A stretch of DNA of 63,895 bases, the filler included, from Octopus bimaculoides (Eukaryota): assembly GCF_001194135.2 (NCBI RefSeq). It is 6 parts of 6 records of this genome, joined end to end, with 100 filler letters (N's around TTAATTAATTAA, not from the genome) between each part and the next. Parts side by side here need not be neighbours in the genome. Positions count along the whole stretch, not along the records: positions 31,624 to 41,713 come from NC_068981.1; positions 41,814 to 49,237 come from NC_068985.1; positions 49,338 to 59,048 come from NC_069004.1; 3 more parts are not named here. One strand, written 5' to 3'. This document shows positions 38,860 through 51,920 of the stretch, one piece after another (position 1 is the stretch's first letter; every line of letters starts with the position of its first letter). Below the pieces are notes generated by a model, which saw only the letters and a list, made by a program, of their open reading frames with translations, was not told the origin of the DNA and ran no database searches. The position numbers and the translations under genes are program-made.

Positions 38860-39990
38860 GACGAGATATAGGATACTCCACCCAAAAAGTGATGCAGACA
38901 GACTGTATGTACCAAGAAAAAGAGGGAGAAGAGGACTGATTGGATGCGAACACAGCATTAGAGAAGAAGAAAACAACATAGTATGGTATGTAAAAAATGC
39001 CACAGAACCGCTATTATTGGAACTAAGAAGGTCAGGCTTATGTAGGATGGAAGATTGCAAAGATAAAGCACTGTACAAGGACTTGAGAATGAATGAAACC
39101 GAAAATAGGTGGGTAAAGAAAAGAATACATGGTCAATTTCATGGGGATGTTGAAAATAAGACAGGCAGAGAAAAAAAGATGGCTATGGATGACTAAAAGT
39201 GATTTAAAAGCAGAAACAAACATAGATTCTAATCTATGCTACCCAAGATCAAGCATTAAGAACCAATTATATCAAATACAGAATAGACGACACATCAGAA
39301 AGTGATAAGTGCAGAATTTGTGGACAAAATGGTGAAACCGTATGGCATATTACCAGTCAATGTACGCCACTAGCCCAGAAAGAATACAAGAGACATCATG
39401 ACAATGTGGCAAGGATTGTCCATGGAGAGAAATGGAGAGAAAAATGACTTCATGGCCAAGTCTGAATATTTATACAGACATGACAAAGTAAGCAATTATA
39501 TCCACTGGATAATAGGCCAACATTACAACATCAAAATTGACAACAGGTTGTATAAGCATGTGCCAAGCAAGGTTCAAGACAACGATCAGGCCACAGTCAT
39601 CTGGGATATGCCATTTTAACTGACAAAGAAATAAAGGCTAATCACCCAGACATAATAGTCAAGGACTGGGGGGAAACACCTGCTTACTGATAGACATTGC
39701 AGTCTCTTTTGATCAAAATATTGTGAAAATAGAAGTGGAGAAAAGCTCTAAAATGAAGTATTCAAAATGTGGGGCATGAAGGCAAAAGCAATACTAATAA
39801 TAATAATATCATTGGGCATGATAAAAAAACCCTAAGAATAAAAATGTAAAAGCTATACCTGGATACTCAATGCTACACACTGTCCAAACAATAGCCCTGC
39901 TAGGAACAGGCCACATCCTACGCAAGACACTATCAATCCAATAATAAAACCTAAACAAAACAACTCACAAATACAAGGCACACTCTATAC
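38860..39990 (+). mobile_element. R4/Dong-like fragment(s), chimeric
   Basis: YVPRKEGRRGLIG; KCRICGQNGETVWHITSQCTPLAQKEYKRHHDNVA; VIWDMP; ends LLGTGHILRKTLSIQ*. Confidence 0.85.
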
Positions 39991-40189
39991 AGCATTTACT
40001 AAGTGAAATAAACTCGCACCAGCAATCTAGAGAACCAAAGCATTACACACTCAACACACAATACAAGCAGTAACACAACAAAAGACAGCACCACACCTCA
40101 AGGGGGAAAAAAGCGAACACAATACAGTACCGGAAGTGTTCGCGCACTTCCAACAGCAGAAAAGAATATGCAATACTGCACACACCCCA

Positions 40190-40472
40190 GCAACTCGGAG
40201 GTGTTACAGGTGATGCAATAGAAATTTGCTTCAGTCTACCAACTGTTAAACCCTTCGGAACAGTATCAGAGGGCATCAAGAAGAATATAAAGGAAATTGG
40301 AATAGACTGCCCAGTAGAACTGTTGCAAAAGGTTTGCCTTCTTGTCACAGCCAGAATAATCAGGAAAGTATTAGCTGAAAATAATGAATAGCAGGCACCG
40401 TAGGCTGCAGGTGGTAAGCCCGCTACACATGCAATACACCAGGATCGCAAACAAAACCTATGATAAAGAGAA
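40190..40472 (+). mobile_element. R4/Dong-like 3' end followed by (TAA)n
   Basis: Same 3' end and UTR as 38600-38830 (gtatcagagggcatcaag...gaattggaatagactgcccagtagaactgttgcaaaagg). Confidence 0.8.
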
Positions 40473-40634
<162 letters not shown>

Positions 40635-40941
40635 ATTATTATTATTATCATCATTATTATTATTATTATTNNNNNNNNNNNNNNNNNNNNNNNNNNNNNN
40701 NNNNNNNNNNNNNNNNNNNNNNNNNNNNNNNNNNNNNNNNNNNNNNNNNNNNNNNNNNNNNNNNNNNNNNNNNNNNNNNNNNNNNNNNNNNNNNNNNNNN
40801 NNNNNNNNNNNNNNNNNNNNNNNNNNNNNNNNNNNNNNNNNNNNNNNNNNNNNNNNNNNNNNNNNNNNNNNNNNNNNNNNNNNNNNNNNNNNNNNNNNNN
40901 NNNNNNNNNNNNNNNNNNNNNNNNNNNNNNNNNNNNNNNNN

Positions 40942-41228
40942 TAGATATGACAGGTTAGCTTGGGAGATTAAGCAGTTGTGGTCGATGAAAAAGGTAGCAG
41001 TAGTACCAATAATTGTCAGAGCCCTGGGAACAATGAGTAAAAATCTTGAGAAGTACATGGAACAAATAGGGGCTGCAATAAGGGTGGAGCACTTGCAGAA
41101 AACAGCTCTGCTTGGAACCACTCGAATACTCTGGAAGGTGCTCGAAAAATAAGAGGTGTTACCTTAGTTCACTGGTAGTGAACAGTTGACACCATGGTAC
41201 ATCTCACGCGTTAAAGCTGTGCAAAGGC

Positions 41229-41229
<1 letters not shown>
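40942..41229 (+). mobile_element. R4/Dong-like 3' end followed by (TAA)n
   Basis: YDRLAWEIKQLWSMKKVAVVPIIVRALGTMSKNL...LQKTALLGTTRILWKVL*, an RLE C-terminus. Confidence 0.88.
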
Positions 41230-41287
<58 letters not shown>

Positions 41288-41289
<2 letters not shown>

Positions 41290-41713
41290 TCGTTTATGGG
41301 CCATAAGGGCTTGCATGAAATTACATTAAAACATATACAACATAAAAGACGACACAATGGGTTTTACAACGTGTAAGTTATATAAAAACAATTAAAATTA
41401 AACAATTTAAAACTCCCAATAGGAGAGGTGTATTAAGGAGCTCGTGAAAAATCCCACAAAAGTCACGGGTACCTGAACAACAGGGCAAGAGCCCTTCTTT
41501 TGTTTACAGGTGCACATTCAGAATTGGTCCTTTCACACTGGCTATTCTTCCAACATTCACCCACCTTTTGACAAACTTGCTAAACGGCAACACTTCCCTC
41601 TCCACCCTCAACTTCCTTTCCTAGTGAAACTTAAAAAAGTTGATGAGGGCTTTGGCCAAAGAGGAAAGTGTCTGTTTTTAGCCCTTTCATATGGGTCCAC
41701 CATACTACTTCTT
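41288..41713 (-). mobile_element. 3' end of a second Tx1/L1-like LINE
   Basis: Minus-strand EVVWWTHMKGLKTDTFLFGQ/LINFFKFH*ERKLRVEREVL...KRW aligns by eye with the C-terminus of the LINE at 59337-59690 (ETVWKTRVKGIVTGTFVSGQGLVNFFSYHLSCKINLERKCL...KRW). Confidence 0.65.
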
Positions 41714-41883
41714 NNNNNNNNNNNNNNNNNNNNNNNNNNNNNNNNNNNNNNNNNNNNTTAATTAATTAANNNNNNNNNNNNNNNNNNNNNNNNNNNNNNN
41801 NNNNNNNNNNNNNCGGTAGTGAAGTGAAAGCACGTTATAAAAATAAAACTACTGAACAATAATATTAATAATAATAATAATAC

Positions 41884-41969
<86 letters not shown>

Positions 41970-44510
41970 TAAGACGTCGCACAGCAACCAATATCGTGAG
42001 GTCACATAAAGGGCCTCAAACAGACAGCAATATGCGTGCAATCCTAAGTAAAGCCGATTTTTGCAACACGTTTAGATTGTGGGGTATTTCTAAAGTTTCC
42101 CTATGCCTTTTTTTTAGATTGGTTGGTATTGAATCCAATCCTCTGATGACAATAGGAACAACATTCATGTTTGACTCTTGTAGCTGCCACATTTTAGCGA
42201 TCTCAATTCTCAGGTCTCCATATTTATCAACCGTTTCTCTTTCTTCCATGATAATATATTGAACTCCTCGCATTGCCACGTCAATTATTAGGCACTCGTT
42301 TGTCCCTGCTAAAGGTTATTAAAAGTTGCTCTAACACCTTGTCTGTTTGGAAGTCATAGTCCCAGAGGATTCTTCCCTTCCCCTTCTCGTCCATTACCTT
42401 TTCCGGTGCATGCTGGTACCGAGCACGCATTATCTCGTATCGTATCCGCACTTCCGTCATAGTAGCCAGTGAAGGCTTTGGGCTAACTTGTCGTTTCTAC
42501 GCTTGTACTCTTTCTATGCAAGACTTTCACAAGCACTAACAATGTAACTCACGTTTTTTGACCCTCTTCTCACACATTCAGCCGAAGTTCGTTGCACTTG
42601 CGTGGTATATATATACCTTTTTACTGAGTTGGTATTCAATGCCTGATCCTGGGCAGTGATGATTAGGCTTTCAGTATTCATCTTTAGGTCACCCTTGCTG
42701 ACTCACCTCCATGATGTTTCCTGGTCTTTTAGCTGTTAGTTTCACGGTGGAATTGTAATTCCATGCGGAGTAGGGTTTCTCATCTCTCGTTGGATGTTCG
42801 TGATCGGGATTCATGAGCACTTTCAAGTCCATTTTTGGTAAATCCTTCTGCATTAGTAGCATACTGTAGTAGGTCTTGTTTCCTGTCTACCAAATATTCA
42901 GCCATGTTTCTTGTTTCATTGTTGATGCACTCCTGTACGCTAATCAGCCCACGTCCACTTTATCCCTCTTCATGTAGAGCCTGTGTATATTTGGCCTATG
43001 TTGGAGGGCACCATGCATTGTCATTGTCTTTCGGATAGTGCGATCGAGTTGGTCCAATCTCCGCTTGTGTCTATTTCAGGATGGGCGCACTATAGCGGAC
43101 TACAGCAACCGTCTATATGTTGATGTCAGTTACAAGAAAAGGTTCCTTGAGTTGAGTTTTGATTTCAAGAGAATTTTAAGGCGCTCGAAATATGTGGTGA
43201 TGACCTTGCCTTTCATTTCTCTATGCAAGATATTGTCCAGCTCTTTGTACCCATCATCACCCGGGTCTTCAATCCTCTCTCTGTTTGACAATTCTATGCC
43301 CCTATAATCTGCCCTTTATCCCGCTCCAAACTAAGCAACTCACAGTTCGTGATACCGAATTACATCCCTATATCTTTGCTGCACGTCTGCACAGTCTCAA
43401 CCAGCTTCTCTATTTCAGGCTCTGCTTTTGCGAACAGTTTCGAATCATCCATGAAGAGAAGGTCCATTCTTTCTCCGCGCATAGTGGTCCGTTCTTTCTC
43501 AGCTCATTGTGCGCTTTGACTTCGCATAGACTATAGATAGTGGGATCAAGGCTGTAACAAATAACAATGATGAACAAGAGTTTTCCTAGAAGATACCGCT
43601 TTAGATTTTTACCTCGGCTAAGTGCTTGTTGTTACAGAAAAGACGTGTTTTCCAACTAGACATGTTGTGCTCAATCAGTGCAAACACGTTCTCAGCTATT
43701 CCACACGTCGGGTGTTTCCAAAATCCACGAATGCGACAAGATGTCGTAAGCCTTTTTTAAGTCTATCCAGCCCATGCACAAGATTTTTTGATACCGTTTA
43801 CAGTTCTTCATTACAACCTTCTCTATCATAAGGGAATTCTTGATGCCCTTGAATTCTTTTCGTTTTCCCTTTTATTCTACTGGGAGTAGATTGCTTTTCG
43901 CAAGGAAGGTATATAATTTCCTTGCGAGGATGCCTAGTCACACTTTCCATAGGAGGTTATGGCAAGCAATGGGTCGGTAATTGCTAACCTCATTGCCTTT
44001 TGACCAATTTTTCATTAACAATGTTGTCTTTTCGCCTACAGTCCACTCCGGGACTGCACCTTTCTGTAGGTAATTGTTTAATTGCAACGCTACTCGCTTG
44101 TGTGGTGACATAAACCACTTGAGCCAGTAGCCTTGAACTCCGTCTGGTCCTGCCGCTTTCCAGTTTGGCAGTCTTGATATCTTTACAATTACATCTTCCG
44201 ATGTTACGCACACATGGTCCTGTCATGGAGCCTCCGAATGATGGAGTTTGGATATCATGGAATGAATCCACTCAGCATCGTGGTTTGGGAAACGTCTTAC
44301 CCCCAGATGTTATTCCGAAATCGGCGAGTCTCTCTACTTCAGGAGGTATATTATCTTATGTATCTCCTCCTAAGCTCTTAAAAACAGCCTCTGGATATTT
44401 GAGTTTATACAGCTTTGCTGGAACTGCGATATGCGATCAGTGTAACGTTATACCTTTAACGTTTTTGCCTGCACACGTTGTTTTAGGTCATATCTCCAGC
44501 TGTTTCAGAT
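41970..44510 (-). mobile_element. Longest R4/Dong-like copy (RT plus RLE), decayed, 3' end abutting an (AAT/TAT)n array
   Basis: LPNWKAAGPDGVQGYWLKW...NYRPIACHNLLWK; FMDDSKLF; KYGDLRIEIAKMW...VVPIVI...LQKSALL. Confidence 0.88.
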
Positions 44511-44769
44511 GAAGATTGTCAAAGATTGTTCAACAGTTTAGCATTTTTCAAAAGTTTAGTAAGCCTCTTGCAAAAATATTTCCGATTGAACATATAATAC
44601 ATGCATGGAGTTACGATTTTATGCACCCAACAAAGTATTATTGTTAAGCTGAAACTCTTGCTAATGTAAAAAGAAATAGAATGGTGAAACCATTTCTTCG
44701 TTTTCTGAAAAAGCAACGTTTTGGACTTACAACACTTTTACATAAAAGCTCCGAGTTTCTTTTCAATGT

Positions 44770-45960
44770 GAGAAAGAAGTTTTAATAATAAGATATTATT
44801 TCCTCTAATTATTGATAAATTGTAGATCCTTCGGGTGTAAACTCTTTAGGTTTCAAAGCAAAGAAACTCTCAATACTAGTTTTAAGCTCTTCACAACTGA
44901 AAAACTGTTTTCCTTCTAAATATTTTTGCAATTCTCTGAAAAAGTGATAGTCAGATGGAACACAACCAGGAGAGTAAGGAGGATGAATAAAATCTTCCAT
45001 GTTTAGTGCCATAATCATTCCCGAGGGACTTGGGTAACATGGGATCTTGTATTATGGTGTAAGAGAAAGCCCTTTTACGATTGACTAACAGAGGCGATTT
45101 TAATGCAAATGTTTGAGCAGGGTTTCCTTTTAGCAACAAGACTTCTCTATATTCGATGATTCGAGGATAGGATAACTCTTTGATTAACCTGAGAAGCACT
45201 CGAATTATGATGGTCCCAATAAAGAAATTTAGATACTTCTTATCCTTAACAAACCTTCATAACCCACCAAACACAGAGCATAACATTTTTGTAGTGTAGT
45301 CATGGTTTGTGGATAGATTCTTTTTCATTCGGAGCTAACTATGCTGTTTTCCTTTTCGTTGCTGATTACTTTATGACATGAGTAAAATTTGTGTCGATTT
45401 TACTTTCTAAAATGAGCTTAAATCAGACTCATATCAGACACTGTATGCTGTATGAATTCAAAAGGAGTATTTTAGCAATGGAAGCAGCAAGAAATATTTG
45501 TTCTGCCTATGGAAATGATACTTTCAGTGTCCGGATATGCTAACGATGGTTTTGACCAGTTTCACTGGAGAAAATTTCCTCTCTCAAATTTTCCACGATC
45601 TGGGCGATAACATTCTAACGATATTCGGCTTCTGAAAACTAGGCGAGGAAAGTTCATAGGAAACATTTCAATTCCGCCGACACTGTGATCCTAAAACAAT
45701 TATGAAAAGTATCTAAATTTCTTTATTGGGACCATCATAATTTGAGTGCTTCTTAGGTTAATCAAAGAGTTATCCTATCCTCGTTATTGAACAGTATATA
45801 TGCTGCTGAACCTTTCCTGGGTAGAACAATCACATGTGATGAAACGTGGGTTTTCTATAATCATATCCAACGAAAACGACATGGCACACAATGAAAAAGG
45901 AGAGCCCACCCTCAAACCATGGCTGCATCCGAAAAAAGTTATACTCTTTCAAAGTAGAAC
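44770..45960. mobile_element. Rearranged mariner: C-terminal part on minus (44770-45238), N-terminal/DETW part on plus (about 45330-45960)
   Basis: HPPYSPGCVPSDYHFFRELQKYLEGKQF on minus; RTITCDETW region on plus; 77-bp segment present in both orientations. Confidence 0.82.
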
Positions 45961-47419
45961 TCATTTTAAATGTGGTCAAATATGCTATTTACAGCAACAT
46001 TCACAAAATATTTATGAATGTAGTATGCCAGGAAAGAAAAGTATGTTTCCATGCACACATATACAGAAGGGTCGATTTACACATCTAATACCTGTTGTTT
46101 TAACACAACTTCTCTGTTGCTTGAAGAATTTTATTCTTGTTTATCATCAATGAATTTCTACTGACAGGTTTTCGTTTAATCATGGTGATCAAATGGAAAA
46201 ACTGATTTTGCTAAACTAAGATTAACCAATCTATGACAAGAAATAGTCAATCAATAAAAATGTGATATTGATGTTGTTTTTCTGGTAAGCATTGGTGCGT
46301 AAGACCTAACAGAGATGTTTGCACGGATGATTAATCAAATAAATGCGTGATTAACAATATATTGCTGCAGGCACTAATTCAGTTTTAGATACTCTGCCGC
46401 TTCCAATTACAAAATTTGAAATTTGTTTCTGCCTCAGCAAGTTTTGTTCTTGCATTAAGCAAATCAATCAACGTACAAATCAATAATTGGCAGTGGATAA
46501 AATAGAATAACTCGAATAATTTTACAAGCTTGTGCACTTAAACAATTCCAAAACAATTTTCTTGTTTTATGTGAAAATTCCAATTTCAGGTATCTGCAAA
46601 TAAAATTATGATTATTTACGTAATTTACGCACAACGTGCTCTAATGTAAAAAGAGCGTTTAATAAACATATATAGTTTTGTTAAGAAAGGTTTTTCTAAA
46701 TAAAAGTGGTAAAGGCTCCCAAGTTACTTTCTTCCAACGGAAATAAATATGGAATTTCCTTGGAGAGTTTCAGCGAACCATATAGCAGTAATTTGTTTGA
46801 ACAATACAGTTCTGCTCCCAACTTAATAAACAGCCATCGCAGAAAGACTTTCTATCATTACATAATATTGCAAAAATTGTTCTCGACTCATCGCTAAACA
46901 TGCAATGGATAAATTATTATTATAGCTACGCTATGTACCGAAATATAGATCAACCGCAATATGATATTTTGCAAACTATTTCATGATAGGTTCTATTATC
47001 TTTGAACACGCTCATTTAGCGATTACGCTGCCACACAGATTACATTTTCGATCATTTTAAAAACATAAGTACGTTGCTTGAAATCCGGGTAGATAATATC
47101 TTCCTTGGAATTGGACAATTAGAAGGCAATTTAAAAAAAAAATTCTAGGCATCTTTTTCAATTTTCTCTAAAATCGTTGTATCAACCAATTTCTTGTCAT
47201 GGAGCTGTGTTGTCGTTTCCTTCCGTTAGTATTACACACATCCAGTGATACATACATGCATACATACATACATACATACATACATACATACATACATAAG
47301 TACATGCACACACACACACACACACATACACACACACAAACACATGTAAATATCAATTATTGTTTTCCATGGTTATCATCCGTGATGGAGTGTGAGGTGT
47401 TAGCAGAAGAGGAACTTAA

Positions 47420-47730
47420 TATGGTGGTGTAGTGTTTATGGTATTCGGCTCACGATCGTTTGGTCGTAAGTTCGATACCCGCCGGGGCGTTGTGCTCTTG
47501 AGCAAGACACCTTATTCCACGTTCCAGTCCATTCAGCTGACAAAATGTGTAGTTCTAATATTTCAAAGGGCCAGCTTTGTGACACTCTGTCACAGTAAAT
47601 CTCCATGACAAATACCTTAAGAGTTCGTGTGTCGGTGGAGTGGTCAGCTATTTGCCTGTTAATTTCGCGAGTAGGCTGTTCTGTTCAACAGATCAACTGG
47701 GACACTCGTCGTCGTAACTGACGGAGTATC
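47420..47730 (+). mobile_element. SINE family A copy (diverged)
   Basis: gttcgataccc...gcgttgtgctcttgagcaagacac...actcgtcgtcgtaactgacggagt. Confidence 0.8.
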
Positions 47731-47765
47731 TAAATGTCTTAGACATATGTATATATGAATACATA

Positions 47766-47960
47766 TCTTTTATCTTTTACTAGTTCCAGTCACCTGACTG
47801 CAGCCATGATGGAGAACCCCCTTGAAGAGTTTGTCGTCGCACAAATCAAAGCTTGTACTTATTCTACCAGTCTCTTATGGCGAACTGCTATGTTACGGTG
47901 ACGTAAACACATCAAAATCGATTGTCAAGCAGTGGTGGACAGACACAGACACAAAGACAC
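47766..47960 (-). mobile_element. SINE family C 3' half
   Basis: tcttttactagttccagtca...gcgaactgctatgttacggtgacgtaaacaca. Confidence 0.7.
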
Positions 47961-47977
47961 CCCCATAAATATCGACA

Positions 47978-48076
<99 letters not shown>

Positions 48077-48079
48077 ATG

Positions 48080-48129
<50 letters not shown>

Positions 48130-48130
48130 C

Positions 48131-49190
48131 ATACACAGGTATAAATAATGCGGTGTTTACAATTGCATAAACTAAAAGTTGGAGGGGGAAGAGACAAACT
48201 ACCTGCATCAACTTACTATAAATGTAGGTACTAATTTTACCTTGTACTTATTTTGGGTGCAAGTTTTGAAGAGTGCAGTTCGATTTTAACAGTTATTTTC
48301 TTTTTTCAAAGTTCTAATGGAAGTGACAAAGGTGCATATTCAGCATAAAAGAAACGCCGCAACAGTGAGTGCGAGGAATATTAATGCAGTATATGGGGAT
48401 CGGACAATAAGCTTAAGCCAGTGTCAACGGTAGTTCCAGAAATTCCGAGCCGAAAACTACAGCCTAAAAGACGAGACACGTCCTGGTTGATCTGTAGAGC
48501 TCGACGAGGACGTGCTGTAAACTCTGTTGAGAAACTAGCAGAGGAGCTTGAATTTTGTAATTCAACCATTCATCGACAACTGCATGCCATCGGAAAAGTC
48601 AGCAAATCGTGTTACAGTGTTCCTCATAAACGTTTCGTGTCTAATCGCGCGCAGAGAGTGAATGTGTGCTCTTCTTTGCTGTCACGTCTCACGAATGAAC
48701 CATTTTGGATCGAATAGGGACTGGTGACGAGAGACGGGTTCTCCATTAAAATGTCAAGCACCGAAGACAATGGGTAGGGAAAGGGGAAACACCAGCATCC
48801 AGGCTAAAGAAGGTCTTCACCCACGGAAAGTGTTGTTATCAGTTTGGTAGGATATGAAAGGTTTAGTTCACTTTGAACTTTTAAATCCAAACCAAACGAC
48901 AACCCATCATATTCGCCGGACATTGCCCAATCTGATTATCATTTATTCCTCAGTCTCCAAAATCATTTGGTCGGAAAAATATGAATTCTGTAGATGAGGT
49001 CAGAATAGTACTGGAGGAATATTTTTCATCACAGGCAAGTGAATTTTGGAAGAGGAGCCTTGCAGTCTACCAAATAGATGGAAGAGCATTGTAGAAAGTG
49101 AAGGAGAGCATTTTTTAGATTAAAGAACTTTGCTTATCTTAATTTTGAAAAGTAAAGTATAAAACACCGCATTATTGATGGGATGACCCT
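48131..49190 (+). mobile_element. Decayed mariner element with residual TIRs
   Basis: aataatgcggtgttt ... aaacaccgcattatt inverted termini in TA repeats; WFQKFRAENYSLKDE, VPHK, SDYHLF motifs. Confidence 0.82.
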
Positions 49191-49952
49191 ATATATATAT
49201 ATATACTAATTTATAATTTTATAAAATAATTATATTANNNNNNNNNNNNNNNNNNNNNNNNNNNNNNNNNNNNNNNNNNNNTTAATTAATTAANNNNNNN
49301 NNNNNNNNNNNNNNNNNNNNNNNNNNNNNNNNNNNNNTATATATATATATATATATATATTTAAATAGAGCAATAAGAAAATGGAAGGGATTAATAGGTG
49401 GTATTGATCAACTTATAGACATTATATTATGTCAATTTATTTATTTACTAAAAGGACAATTATAACAACATACATACATATATGACATATTATGCCTTAC
49501 ATATATAATATATAAAATATAAAATATCAGTAATTACTAAAATATAACATAGCAAATAGCAATAGAGATTGGTTGGGATAATATCTTACAGCTGTTTCAG
49601 CCAAGAGGCAAAAATACCTCATTCTGCCTTTATCCCTCCAGTGGACTGAAGTAGATGAAATTGAAGTACTTGGGTGTTTCTCTAGGCTTCGTTAGAGATT
49701 TTAGAAAGTACATAAGGCTAAGTTATAAATATAAATACACACATATATACATACTTTTAATATATTTACATATATATTTACATAAATGTTTGTCTAAGAG
49801 AAGAAAAGTTTTCCCAAATCTGAGTGTATTCAAGTGTGTTAAATATGACTATACAAATATATTTCATTCAACACAGCTTCATGTGATACTTTTACTCATT
49901 ATGTCAGGAAACAGCAATTATGGAAATTAGGTCACAAACATGTCCGGGATAA

Positions 49953-50107
49953 CAAGGCATGGCTGTGTGATAAGAAGCTTGCTTCCCAACCACATGGTTC
50001 TGCTTCAGTCTCACAGCATGACACTTTGGGCAAGTGTCTTCTACTATAGCCTCAGGCTGACCAAGACCTTGTGAGTGGATTTAGTAGATAGTAACTGAAA
50101 GAAGCCC
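49953..50107 (+). mobile_element. SINE family C 5' half
   Basis: ggcatggctgtgtgataagaagcttgcttcccaaccacatgg...aactgaaagaagccc. Confidence 0.85.
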
Positions 50108-50151
50108 TTTGTGTATATATATATAGCTGCTTTCCTTATTTTATATATATT

Positions 50152-50559
50152 CTTTTATTCTTTTATTTGTTTCAGTCATTTGACTGAGGCCATGCTGGAG
50201 CACTGCCTTTAGTCAGACAAATCTACCCCCAGGACTTATTCCTTGTAAGCCTAGTACTTATTCTATTGGTCTTTTTTGCCGAACAGCTAAGTTATGGGGA
50301 CATAAACACACCAACATTGGTTGTCAAGCAATGGTGGTGGTGGTGGGGGGGACAAACACAGAGACACGAATACACACACACACACACACACACATATATG
50401 ACAGGCTTCTTTCAGTTTCCCTCTACCAAATCTACTCACAAGGCTTTGGTCAGCCTGAGGCTATAGCAGAAGACACTTGCCCAAGGTGCCATGCAGTGAG
50501 ACTGAACCTGGAACCATGTAGCTGGTAAGGAAGCTTCTTACTACACAGCCACTCCTGCA
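50152..50559 (-). mobile_element. Full-length SINE family C
   Basis: Head, internal (CA)n and tail modules all present. Confidence 0.9.
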
Positions 50560-50619
50560 TATATATATATATATATTTTTTCTTTTTTTTTTCCAGATTT
50601 GTGTAAATATGTATAGAAT

Positions 50620-51920
50620 AATATATCAGTTCAATAAAGTTACAATATGGTCTGGTTGTTGTCATGTTTTTTATTATTGTATTAAAAAATGTTTTTTACA
50701 ATGTTGAAGTGTGTTTAACATTAACAAAAATATTTAGTAATGTTTATAAAGTTCAATTAGCGCTTTCATACGTTCGCAGTATTCATCAGATTTCAAAATG
50801 TATTTAACTCACAGTTGAGTTCTTGACAACTGTAGTAAAATGACTGACTGCTTTTTTGTACCTTTTAGAAGGTTCCAACAAGCTGAAATTTTGGAATACA
50901 GTTTTGACCAATCAGCATGCTTCTTAAATGTCATGGTTTGCCAGGCACACAGATATTACTGGCATAGATCCTGCCTTTATTTTAACCAATTAGCTTGCAG
51001 TTTACATGTAATGGTTTTATGAGTGAGCAAACTTAGTTGGTTTCAATCATTTTTTTTTTTTCAATTGGTGGGAGTCTTCTGTAATTTGTTTATATTCATA
51101 TGTTAAAGATATTTTTTAATCCACATCATTAACTGGCTGTTATATTATTGTTGTTATTTCTGTTCAGAACAGGTTTGAACATTTTAATAAAATGTTTTTC
51201 TTTTATCTTTCTTCAAACCTCACTTGTGTTATGTAGTTTGTGGAAAGGAAAAGTTAAAAACATTTTCTGACCACATGTCTCTATACGTTCACTTAATGGA
51301 ATTTGGCGAACATTTGTGTTCTGAATTTGTTGTCTCTGGACTCGTGGGCGTTCCGATAATATATTCCCTGTCTTGCCTATATATGATTCCTTGCAATTTG
51401 GGCATTTAATGCAGTAGATCAAATTTCTGCTTTTACAGTTCATATCTGCATTTGTGAAAATCTGTCCATTTTTTGTTCTAATGGATCTACCCGTATGCAT
51501 GTATTGACATGTTTCACATCTGTTATCATTACACTTGGATACTGTGAATGTTTTATCGTGTCTGTTCATGTTGAATTTTTAATTATCATTATGTCAAGAA
51601 ATTGTAATTGTGTGTTGCTCATTTCTCTTGTGAATTTGAGACTAGGATATAGATTGTTGGGGAGGGTGCTGAATTCTTCCAGTTTTTCTAGGGATTTGGT
51701 CCAAATTGGGAAACAACTATCGAGGTATCTTTTCCATGTGTCCTCTATATGTCCTCTAAAGATCATGCTGTAGCTTTCTTCAAATTTTTTATATAGGTTT
51801 TGTACCGAGTATCCCAATATTGAGTTCGTGAAAACTGGAGCAAATTGCGTCCCCATTGATGTGCCTCAAATTTGGAGATAGTTTTTTTCCAATCAAAAGG
51901 AATTGAAACTTTATTCAGTT
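50620..51920 (-). mobile_element. Penelope-like retroelement 3' part (RT C-terminus plus GIY-YIG endonuclease)
   Basis: GTQFAPVFTN...WKRYLDSCF...LKFTRE...LQFLDI (PLE RT) and CNDNRCETC...CKSRNLIYCIKCPNCKESYIGKTG (GIY-YIG). Confidence 0.9.
50751..50797 (-). ncRNA. Minimal type-I hammerhead ribozyme motif associated with the Penelope element
   Basis: Minus strand: gaaat-CUGAUGA-AUAC(ugcgaac)GUAU-GAAA-GCGC-UA-auug; intact core, 4-bp helix II, palindromic AGCGCU as helix III, helix I only 3 bp. Confidence 0.65.
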
